From Cyanidioschyzon merolae (lineage: Eukaryota): a DNA stretch of 64,000 nt. Numbering within the stretch: position 1 is the first letter of the stretch; the number at the start of each line of letters is the position of its first letter. The stretch lies in assembly GCA_000091205.1 (NCBI GenBank), contig AP006495.2. One strand, 5' to 3'. Of the stretch, positions 32,588 to 42,665 are shown one piece after another. Position numbers and translations under genes: made by a program. The notes beneath the pieces are model-generated. The model had not been told where the DNA came from, ran no database searches, and saw only the letters and a program-made list of their open reading frames with translations.

Positions 32588-33700
32588 ATGTCGTTTTCTT
32601 TCGGTTCAGGGTCTACACCGGCTTTCGGTAGCTATAATAGGGGACTCGCTACGCAGTCCAATGCAGCGCAGCCTAGTTTTGGCGTCGGCGGTGTCGGTTC
32701 TGGTGACCCCACGAGTGTCGGCAGCGTCGGAGGCAACGCACCCAGGCCTGGTGCCGGTAGTGCACTGGCCGCGCAGGGCTTCGCGGGTACACCGAACCCA
32801 CCAATGGATGCTTCTCGGCTACCGGAGGCTCTCGAGCTCTGCTACTATGCACTGGATCCAACAAGTCCGGACTATCCCTTCGCTTTTTATTCCTACAATC
32901 GGCGTGAGGACGCAGATGCGCCGCAGCCAGGCGCGGAGACGGTACAGGCACCACCCTGCCCACCGAGACCTCTCGCTCAGTTGTGGATCGAAGCTGTAGA
33001 GTCTAATCCGGATCCGAAAAAATATGCCGTGGTAAGAATCGCAGGGTTCCCAGGCCTGCAAGAGCGTGCAGCCCTGCAAACCCGTCGCCTGGAAGAGCTC
33101 CGACGTGCCACCGAGGACATCGAACAGCGGATATCTCGACTACGTGTCACGTTTGAGCAGCATATCGTCAACAGGTTGGAACGAATTCGAGCACAGCACT
33201 CTCTGTTGGAGACAAAGTTTCTCACTGTTGTGGCGCTCCTGGAATGCACGCTTGTATCCAGGACGGCTGTTGAGACGGCCACCGGAGCGGTGCCGCCGAG
33301 CGCCGCAGGTCGAAGCGCGCTCGTCCTCAAACGAGACAGTGTAGCGGAGTCGCGTCTCCGCGCACGGCTAGATGCCGTGCGGAAACAGCTTGACGGTGCG
33401 AATGGTACGCGCGCTCGCGCGTTGAGGGCGCTTGAGGCCACCGCCACAGTCCTTGGACTAGATATCAGTAGCAGTCCAGAATCGATTCCAGCGGCGTCAG
33501 CTTCGGGGAAGAGCGGTGGCCAATCCTCCACTATAGGGCGGATCCGCCCCGCGGATACTGTTTCTGAGCGACATCTGCTCGAGATCCTGGAGCGTGAACG
33601 TCAGGGTATGGAGCATGTGTTCGAAGTATTGGAACACGATAGGCGGGAAACGGAGACACTTTGGAGAGCGGCTCGTGAGCTGATCGGCCCCACGCGCTGA
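32588..33700 (+). CDS. FG-repeat plus coiled-coil protein, possibly a nucleoporin (Nup54/57-like).
   Basis: N-terminus MSFSFGSGSTPAFGSY...SFGVGG with FG/GS repeats, then a long predicted helical region (LEELRRATEDIEQRISRLRVTFEQH...). 370 aa. Family assignment is tentative. Confidence 0.45.
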   Translation: MSFSFGSGSTPAFGSYNRGLATQSNAAQPSFGVGGVGSGDPTSVGSVGGNAPRPGAGSALAAQGFAGTPNPPMDASRLPEALELCYYALDPTSPDYPFAFYSYNRREDADAPQPGAETVQAPPCPPRPLAQLWIEAVESNPDPKKYAVVRIAGFPGLQERAALQTRRLEELRRATEDIEQRISRLRVTFEQHIVNRLERIRAQHSLLETKFLTVVALLECTLVSRTAVETATGAVPPSAAGRSALVLKRDSVAESRLRARLDAVRKQLDGANGTRARALRALEATATVLGLDISSSPESIPAASASGKSGGQSSTIGRIRPADTVSERHLLEILERERQGMEHVFEVLEHDRRETETLWRAARELIGPTR

Positions 33701-35639
33701 CACGCACATGGAGCGGCGTTCTCCGCATCATCTGTTTTAAGTGTCTGCTGAAACTTGCCGAAATTTGGAGAATATCATACGCAGAGCGCGACTTCTCTTT
33801 TGTGAATCTTCAGCGGCGAGTCCACAGCGCCTTGGAGGTGCACGATATTTGCGGATGATAACCCGGTCTCAATGTTTACCGATCGCCATGTCGTTGCTGC
33901 GAGTGATGCACCCACGAAATGAAAAACTGTCTATGAAGATTAGAGGACCCTGTAGAGGATATCCGTAGGCAAATGTAGGCATCGAGTTCGGTTTGCATGA
34001 GGGCCCTGGAGCGCGCCGCACCTATTGCTTCCTATTCTCGGACTTGATGTCGACGTGCATGAACTGCAAGTGGTGTTCGCAGGAGGCGTCCATTTGCTCC
34101 ATCGGCATCCCAGATACATGCCGCCGTTCCGAGTTCGATACTACGGAGAAGTGATGGGCGTCGACCTCTGCGTTAATCTATTTCGCTTGTTGCAAGTCGT
34201 CTCGCGCGATGTGATAACGAAACTGATGGATTCAGGGCGGTAGGATTATCACCTATCTGTCGTAGACTTGGCGACGAACTGGCATGCAAAGCGACTACTG
34301 CGTGTAACTCGGACACTTCGAACGCGTAAGCGAGGTTTCGGAATCTCTGGGCGGCACTGGCGATCAACCGTACTCCGCCTGACTCGTGTTCTGTACCTCT
34401 CCGGAACAGCATTTCCAGCTTTGTTTCAGTGGCGGCGTTTTCCGGCGATCCGGATCGCGCAATGAGCCGTATGCCGCAGAAAGCCATCCGAGCATGATAC
34501 GATTTTGAACAATAGAGGATCGATGCATTTGTCCGCATCCCACCGAAAGCGCGGAGAATGTCGGTGATCAGGCAAGGATAAACGTGCCTGACACAGGGAG
34601 AAACGCTCTCGGCGAACACTTGTTGGAGTGTTCTCTCTATCTGCCGGACTTGATGCAAGAAAGGAAGTACACGTCCCGCGAGACGATCCATGCGCGCCGC
34701 AGACCGAGGCACAGCGGTCTCGTGAGCGTCTGGCTCAAAGCGCATTCGCCACCCTACCCCAGTCACATTGTAAAGCGTGCAACTGGCGACGTATTGAATT
34801 GGGCAGCATACGGAATGATCGACGCTTTCTCTCTCTATCTCCCTCAAGCATCCATAGAGTCCAGAGAGGTATCCTGCTGAGCGATGACAACGATCATCGC
34901 GCCGTAGTTGTTGCAGTTGCGACGAATACGCCCGCGAGATGCTAAGCCTCATCACTGGTTTCGGGCACGACGCAAACGCTGCGGTGAGCTTGCGGCGCGT
35001 GCACCTCGGCTCTCTCCGAGCGCCGCTGTAACCTATACGTTGTGCCGTCCAAACAAATACGTACGGAGCCCAGCTGCCGATGCCTGTCCACATAGTTGCC
35101 GCTCACCTGAATGCCATCGAAATAGCTCGGAGCACCCGAGCTCAAGTCGAGAGTCGCGCTTGTGTTATGACGCTCGAACCTAGGTACCGCGGGCGCCTGT
35201 AAACCTTGCTTACCCGGGAAACCTCTCATAGACGCTATCGCACAAAAGTGCTTTCAGTCTTCGAACATCTGAGTATTGGCGGAAACCAACGCGCTGTCTC
35301 CTTGGTCCGTCATGTCTCCGTTTCCACGACAGCCTTGATGAGACGAACCCACGATCCATGCGCCATGCGCCGTGAGGAAGTACGCTGAAGCGCGGGCAGG
35401 CTCTTTGAAAGTCACCTGTGCACGCACATACGCACAAAGGCACACAGGCACAGTAGCGTGGATACTGATGCCGCGCGCTTCCGCCGCTATCGATAAGGAG
35501 CGTAGCAGGCGAGTCCTTCCCCCAGTGTCGATGCATGTACGGTGTGGGCTGGTGGTGCTTTCGATGCACAGGGAGCGGCGTGCGCGGAGCCGCTCCAGAA
35601 GCACGTGAGGTAGGCTCGGCACTAGGAATGCCGCTGGAG

Positions 35640-36110
35640 TGTACCGCTATCACGATGGTAATACTTGCCTGGGGCTGGTCGATTCTTGTTGTAGGTCTGG
35701 AGCGAGGCGTGATCGTCATGTCGCTGGACCAAAATGCGATTCCAATGGTAAGACTTGCCTGGGGCTAAACGATTCTCGTTATGTGTCTAGACCGAGGCGT
35801 GATCGTCATGTCGCTGGACCAAAATGCGATTCCAATGGTAAGACTTGCCTGGGGCTAAACGATTCTCGTTATGTGTCTAGACCGAGGCGTGATCGTCATG
35901 TCGCTGGACCAAAATGCGATTCCAATGGTAAGACTTCCCTGGGGCTGGTCGATTCTCGTTATGTGTCTAGACCGAGGCGTGATCGTCATGTCGCTGGACC
36001 AAAATGCGATTCCAATGGTAAGACTTGCCTGGGGCTAAACGATTCTCGTTATGTATACGGAGCGAGGCGTGATCGTCATGTCGCTGGCTTTCGTACCGAT
36101 CACGCATCCA
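35640..36110. repeat. 90-bp minisatellite, about 5.2 units.
   Basis: Unit tgtcgctggaccaaaatgcgattccaatggtaagacttgcctggggctaaacgattctcgttatgtgtctagaccgaggcgtgatcgtca. Full units start at 35719, 35809, 35899 and 35989, with partial units at both ends. It produces artefactual repeat ORFs on both strands. Confidence 0.85.
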
Positions 36111-36973
36111 CCTGGCTTCGTAGCGATATATGCAGCCTTCATTGAGCACAAGTACGGCGGGTGTCGAGCTTGCCCCTAGCCGCCACTACATCTCGCCGAG
36201 TGCGGTGGCGCTTTGGACTTCGAACTTGGTCAGCGTCGTTTCGAGGCGATCGCCGGCTGAGCGGCGATTCGTCGTCAAGGTGAGCGCGTCGCTTCTCAGG
36301 TGCGTGCCTGAGGCAGCAACCGACCGAAACGGGAAATCGCTTCTTGGGAGCCAGCATCTGGGATCGACCACGAGAGTTACGAGCAAAAGCTACGGCACTA
36401 CTACGGGACGTGAAACCTCTCCGTTCAATCGAGTCGGCGTTACCCCATTCGAAGGTTTCGGTGAGTGCCTGTCACTGATACTTTCGAGTTCCCAGAGGTT
36501 ACCTGTTCGCGGACGACCGAGAAGCGTGTGGAGGCTCTGACACCGACCTCAGGTGTATGCTCTGACATTGTTCCCAAAACTTGGTAACTGATCGCGCAAC
36601 CTCTAGTAGGCTTTTGGTTCGCCCATGCACTGCGCACGAGTTGGCTGTAGCTTCTAAGATGCTGGTTATGTTAGGCTCTAGTTTCCTGCACCCTGGGCAA
36701 GAGCCTTTTCATGGTAGCATTGCTGATTCATCACACTGGATCTCAAGTGGCAGTGGGTATAGGTGGGAGCTAGGTCCCGCGCTTTCCCTCAACGTTATGA
36801 TTGCGAGTCCAACGCACACGCACTCCGATTCCGGCGTCCGACAGACGACTTCAGCGGTCCCCGAACGAGCGCGACTAGTGACGCTCAGTAAAGGGAGCTC
36901 TAGCACAGGCTGGTGTGTTTCTCGTCGCAACATTACTTGCGAGCACGTCGCGTTCGTCGCCGTATCCAAACCC

Positions 36974-38017
36974 ATGAACGAGCACGATGAAACACAGCGC
37001 ACGGAAGTAGATATTCATACCACGCAGGCTGCAGTGCTTTCAAGCCTCAATCATCGCAAGCAGCTGGCTTCGCTCATGGCAGGTGGCTTCGCTGGCACCT
37101 TTGCTTCCACGATTACGTGCCCACTCGAAGTCATCAAAACAAAGCTTCAATCGATTTCGTCCGTAGGGAGCGGAGGAAAGCACGCCACCTTTCTCTCCGT
37201 GGCGAGAAATATTGCGCGCCAGGAGGGCGTTCGTGGATTTTTCCGGGGCCTGTTGCCGACATGGGTCGGTATCCTGCCGGCGCGTGCCACCTACTTCTGG
37301 GCATACTCTACCACGAAATCAGTATTGGCGCACGTTTTCGGGGAGTCAGATGCACGAACCCATGTGGCATCTGCGGCGATGGCGGGCGTGGTATCGAATG
37401 CCCTCACGAACCCCATATGGATGGTCAAGACGCGTATGCAGCTCGATACCGGTGGATCCAATGGGTTTCATTACCGGGGCTATGGTGACGCGTGCCGGCG
37501 CATTCTGGCCGAGGAAGGTATCGCAGGCTTCTACAAGGGACTCACTGCGAGTTTCTGGGGCGTTTCTGAGGGCGCCATCCATTTTTTGGTTTATGAGCGT
37601 TTGAAGAAATTTCTCCAGCAACGTCAACGGGCGAAGCTCGATGAGGGCGTCGATCAACATGAAGCCGACAAGCTTCCTGCCGTGCAGTACCTTCTGGCCG
37701 CGGGCTTCAGTAAGCTCGTAGCGAGCACCCTCACCTACCCACACGAAGTCGTGCGAACGCGTCTCAGAGAGCAACGGCCCGTCTATCCGGGGGGCCCCCT
37801 CAAATATCGATCCGTGCCGCACGCCTTATGGGTCATAGGTCGCGAGGAAGGACGACGCGGCCTGTACTGCGGTATGGGCACACACTTACTGCGCGTGGTC
37901 CCGAATACCGCGCTCATGTTCCTCGCATATGAACTAGTGTCCCGTTGGATAGAGAAGTATTATGCACAGCGTGATGAAGAGCGCACACAAAAGGCTGCCC
38001 GGATCTCGACTTCGTGA
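36974..38017 (+). CDS. Mitochondrial carrier family protein, possibly a pyrimidine-nucleotide carrier (Rim2/SLC25A33/36-like).
   Basis: Three carrier repeats with signature motifs: ITCPLEVIKTKLQ, NPIWMVKTRMQL and TYPHEVVRTRLREQ. FAGTFASTITCPLEVIKT is close to SLC25A33/36. ORF 36581..38017; start placed at the ATG at 36974 (MNEHDE), giving ~347 aa. Confidence 0.7.
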   Translation: MNEHDETQRTEVDIHTTQAAVLSSLNHRKQLASLMAGGFAGTFASTITCPLEVIKTKLQSISSVGSGGKHATFLSVARNIARQEGVRGFFRGLLPTWVGILPARATYFWAYSTTKSVLAHVFGESDARTHVASAAMAGVVSNALTNPIWMVKTRMQLDTGGSNGFHYRGYGDACRRILAEEGIAGFYKGLTASFWGVSEGAIHFLVYERLKKFLQQRQRAKLDEGVDQHEADKLPAVQYLLAAGFSKLVASTLTYPHEVVRTRLREQRPVYPGGPLKYRSVPHALWVIGREEGRRGLYCGMGTHLLRVVPNTALMFLAYELVSRWIEKYYAQRDEERTQKAARISTS

Positions 38018-38756
38018 AGAGCCTCCTGCTTGACCAGTAAATGCAGTTGTTTCGGAGCATGTTTGGTGCATTCTGTGGCTCGATCGAACGCCAGCACCGC
38101 TGTCCATCATATTGAATGCCGCACCGGATGGAAGCGTGCGTTGATGATCGCGCATATCAGGGACTTTTGGCGGTGTTTTGGAAGATACCACAGCGTACTG
38201 GAAGGCGTGGTCATGGATGCCCGAAGCGGCTGCATCCGGACCCGGATCAGCAAACAACGCTAGGCGACGTTGGGGCGCCCAGGCACTCAAGTCGCATACG
38301 ACCCGTTTCTGGATATCTGGGTACGCATTCACGGCAAAATGTCGAACATCTATCATTTACTTGTTCGTCATGTTGCCGCGTCGGCCGGATCTTCGACCAT
38401 GGGATCACGCTCTCGAGGCTGAGCAGCACAGACGGAGCAGCATACCGGGTCTTTCGTCGCGGTCCATGGATACTGCCCTTCAGTTATCGTAGCATGTGCG
38501 GGCGGTGCGCGTATCTCGGTACGAAGGATCGTTGAACGTTCCGAGTCCAGGGCTCACGACCCGTCACGCTGACAATGCTCGCTGTACAGCACGATGCACT
38601 CGTTTAGGGCAGAACCTCTCTTCGCTATGCAACGTGAACGCGCTGGTACGGCTGCGGCTACTGAGCACCTTCTCTTCCATGCCTCTATGCTGCCGCTGCT
38701 ATCCAGGTTCACCCCTATGGTTGTGTGTTTTGGCGCTCCGTCGAGGCGCGTCCGGC

Positions 38757-39263
38757 TCAGTACCCAGAAGGGTCCACAATACCGGTTTTGAACGCCCACG
38801 CTATGAAAAGAATCGGCAAAAGTATACTCAGAATTGCGACAACGAGCCAGATGTCGGGACCTTTGTTCCCGGCGATGTAGCGAAACTTTCGACTACCTTC
38901 GATGGACTCTAACCGTTTCGGAGTCGCGCCAGAGGAGCCGTACGTTTTGGACGCGGGCCGCGAGCCCTCTCCAAGCTGGTTTTTCGCTCGCGTTGGACCC
39001 TTCTTCGATTCTGTTTCCTGACGGTTCAGGTTGCACGCAACTGCGCGACGCGCTGCAGCGCGTGCTAAGCGGCTACGACAACATTCGCGGAAACGCGTGC
39101 GCTTGAGCGGGAACTCGGCTTGCCGCCCTAGAACGCTCCCGGTCGCGAGACTAACAAAGGCACTGACATCGTCGTGGAGGCGTCTGTTTGGCATTGCAAC
39201 CTCCTGGCGCAATAAGGTGCTGTAAGGAGTACTTGACGCACCCAAGGTGAAACACAGAACCAA
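38757..39263 (-). CDS. Possible tail-anchored membrane protein.
   Basis: The ORF ends with a single hydrophobic helix, IWLVVAILSILLPILFIAWAF, followed by a short tail. The upstream part is basic and low-complexity. Weak call. Confidence 0.3.
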   Translation of the reverse strand: MVLCFTLGASSTPYSTLLRQEVAMPNRRLHDDVSAFVSLATGSVLGRQAEFPLKRTRFRECCRSRLARAAARRAVACNLNRQETESKKGPTRAKNQLGEGSRPASKTYGSSGATPKRLESIEGSRKFRYIAGNKGPDIWLVVAILSILLPILFIAWAFKTGIVDPSGY

Positions 39264-39357
39264 TTCGGAGGGTTAGCATTGCGGCACTAGGCGAGAACGG
39301 CGCTTGTATGCGCTGCGCTTCGCGGCCGCAGGTTCGTGTTTCCTGGTGTTTATACGT

Positions 39358-41242
39358 AGAGCGACGAATTCTGGAAGGGACATTCGGACGTGATCTTGCT
39401 AATATTACTTGTTTCTCTCACAGACGTTCAACAAAAGAAACGGATCCTGCAGATTCGACAGACATAGCAGATACACTCTACACAAGCGCTGCTAACATGC
39501 GAATCAATGGGGCTTACCTCTAGCGTGCAGGCATTCTACGTTCAGCACTTTGGTGAACCAGTACTCTCTAGGGCCGTGCGCTAAACGTCGAGCACCCGAA
39601 CAGAGCCTCTGCAACGCCGTCAACGCGACAGTCGTCCGAGCAGTCCATTCCGCTCCATCCATGCGTGCCGCATCAAATACGACCAGACAAGCCACAGAAT
39701 ATGAATGCTCCGCCCAGGTGCGACGGACGCTCCTGAGGCGACGCCCCCGGGGAAAGCAAAAAGCACGCCGAACAACACAGACCGGTGACTTCCGACTGAG
39801 ACGCGAACGCTGCGTGCAGCAAGCACGGGTTCCCGCCGCACTCGGCACGCCTGTATCCGGGCGAGACGCCACACCGCCTCGACAAGGGCATTCAAAGAGC
39901 GAGCGACATGCCGCTGGGCGTCTACAGAAGACCAGCCAGCATGCCGACTGCATCAGCCACTGCGGCGATTCAGTCGAGCGGTCGCTTGCAACTCGCCAAA
40001 CGCGCGAAATCCTTCTAGAGCCGGTCCTTCGTCGGTGCACGCTTCGTCGCTTCTCCTTCACACATGCCGCTGCCCTGCCCCGAGACAACGACGACGCCCA
40101 TCACTGAAAATCAGCCGAGGAGTGCGCAGCTTGTCTGGCGTCCCCGCCCCTCATTCCGAGAACGTTGCTAGGCGTTCCAGACGCGGGGCTGCCAGCGGTC
40201 CGCGTCCCTCAGAGAGCCTGCGATCCAACCTTCGTGAGGCACTGCAGCTGACGCTCGGCACCCCAGGGACAATACGAGTTCATTCTTCCAGGGCGTGGTA
40301 GTATCGGGAGTCGGGCGCGACGGATGCCACCAGGCCTATCGACGAGCGGAGTGACGGCCCCAGGACCCGTGTGGACGCGCTGAGAGTGCCGTATCGAGCA
40401 GCGCGGGATGCGCTTCACGCTTCGCTCAGGGAGTACGCGAGACTCTGGATGACTCACGCGGACAGTCTTTTGATCGAGTCCACGAGACAGCGCAATGGAG
40501 TCGCCGGCCGTTGCGGCCGTACGGGGCCAGTGAGCGTGCCCTCGCCAACATGTTCCATGACCACGAAGGGCAACTGGCCGATATATCGTTTCGCTCGATG
40601 GTGGTGATGGCGGTGGGCGTAGCGGCACCCGCTGGCACCGGGCGTGCCGGGGCACCCAAGCGCTGCACGCCTCTGCTCCCTCGACGAGCGTTTCCAACGA
40701 GTGCAGGACTCGATGCCATGCGATTCCCGTGGTTGGCTTTCCGACGACATCCACGCGTCACGGGCTCGGGTGCTCGCTGATCCCCAGGTAGCGAAGAAGC
40801 ACATGAAGCAGAGACGGATGCACGGCATGGTGTGCGGCAAGCCGATCGGACGTCAGCGGGCGAGACAATCGAAGACGACCGGCTCGCGATGTGGCGTGCT
40901 TGCACCACGAACAACGCGTGTGAGGAGTTTCTGCACGCGGTATCGAACGCGTCGTTCAACACCCGGACCTGCCTGGTGCTTCCGGTGCGTCCAGCAGCTC
41001 TGTGTTGAGCGGACATTCGAGGGAACGTTTGTTTCGTAACGCAGCCGAGGTACTGTACGAAAGGCGCTGCAGTGTTTTGATGAACAGAAATCCGTGCCCA
41101 GGCGAGAGCGAGAACGGGATATTCGCCTAGCGTCATCCACTGGCAGGTTATGGTTCAGCGATCCGGATAGACGTCAGAAGTGCATCGATAACGGTTTGCC
41201 GGGGCATTTACTGAGCGACCATGGTGCTCCATGATTCAACAT
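39358..41242. repeat. Copy 2 of the ~1.9 kb direct duplication.
   Basis: See copy 1; same orientation. Confidence 0.85.
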
Positions 41243-41847
41243 GACTGCGTATTCTTCGGCCTACTCGGACGAATCACGTTAACTATCCTCGATTTCATCA
41301 TGATCATCGTGTAGGCGTGTTTCTGCTCGACCATCACAAGCCATGCGTTCGAGCCCTGCAATGTAAAGCGTTCACGCCATAGAGTACCACACACAACAGC
41401 TTGGGCGCGAGGGCCCTTGGTTGCGTCTGAAACATGCTCCCTCGCGCTTCCGAAACAGCTCACAACTTGTTCCCGAGATACTCGTTCATGTTCAAAACGA
41501 CTAGGCAGGCCAGTGTCAGTGGGCATTGCAGCATCGATTGCCGTGCAGCTGAGTGACGCGCAGACTAGAGACGATTCGGCGCTGGAGTGTTGACGGCATT
41601 GACACAAGCGGAGCGAGGCGCTCCTGCATCACTTGAGCGTCCAGCCTCGACGCGAAGGCTGGTCTTCAGAGAGCGGCCCTCGGGAGCGCCTTCAATGGAA
41701 CTTCGGTCATTTTCTTGACTACAATCCACTAAAAGCGTACAGAAACCGCTGGATAGATGTTTCAGTGCTGTGTTGCAAAAGGCGCGACCCGACATCAACT
41801 GTCACGTCGGAATGCTTGACGGCGTTCAGGCCGCGAAGCGTCCGTCA

Positions 41848-42275
41848 CACCAGCAGCACCATCTCACAACGCATGGACGATGGAAGTATATCTGTCCCAT
41901 GATCACTGCAGCGCAGCAGTGCGCTGTACAAACAGCACCATCTCACAACGCATGGACGATGGAAATATATCTTGACCCATGATCACTGCAGCGTAGCAGT
42001 GCGCTGTACAAACAGCATCGCCAGTGCGATTGGACGATGGAAATATATCTTGACCCATGATCACTGCAGCGTAGCAGTGCGCTGTACAAACAGCATCGCC
42101 AGTGCGATTGGACGATGGAAATATATCTTGACCCATGATCACTGCAGCGTAGCAGTGCGCTGTACAAACAGCACCATCTCACAACGCATGGACGATGGAA
42201 ATATATCTGACCCATGATCACTGCAGCGTAGCAGTGCGCTGTACAAACAGCATCGCCAGTGCGATTTTTTACATC
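41848..42275. repeat. 78-bp minisatellite, about 5.5 units, with two alternating variants of a ~16-bp sub-block.
   Basis: Unit gacgatggaaatatatcttgacccatgatcactgcagcgtagcagtgcgctgtacaaacagca followed by either ccatctcacaacgcatg or tcgccagtgcgattg. Read directly from the sequence. Confidence 0.85.
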
Positions 42276-42665
42276 ACGCACCTCCGGTGAATCGAATCAG
42301 GCTCCCTCTGAATGCCACCACGGACTGGAGCAAAGTCAGCGTGTTGTGCTAGGGTGAGCTGTCGCAGCGGTCTCGCGTTTTCATTGGAGTCTCGCCAGAT
42401 TCCAGCTAGTCATCTTTTGAATTGCGGTGAATAGCAGTAACCGGCGCCTGCTTTCGGGCGCGTCCCAAACGCGTATCGTTGTCTCATTGGCGAACGAGCG
42501 TGCAAAAGGACTTTACCCAGTTACCTGAACCTCTTCAGCGGCACGCAAACGACGTAGACACTCCGACTCGTCCAGGCCGCTTTTCCCTCGAAAGAGTGCA
42601 TAGATCACCGACGCATACTAATCCTGAAAAATATGCGAATACCAAGATGGGCGTAACGGAGTCGA

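Noticed and set aside
34173-35093. 306-aa minus-strand ORF.
   Set aside because: Composition (Arg/Ser/Cys-rich, no hydrophobic core pattern) and overlapping alternative-frame ORFs argue against coding. No motif recognised.
30536-41242. Interpreting the two 1.9 kb direct repeats as LTRs of an LTR retrotransposon.
   Set aside because: The intervening 6.9 kb encodes ordinary host genes, a carrier and an FG/coiled-coil protein, with no gag, protease, RT or integrase motifs. At 1.9 kb the repeats would be unusually long LTRs, and no TG...CA termini were evident.
35640-42275. CRISPR-like arrays, suggested by regular 78-bp and 90-bp repeats, one with alternating variable sub-blocks.
   Set aside because: The context is eukaryotic. 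The units are directly tandem, without unique spacers of constant length, so these are minisatellites.
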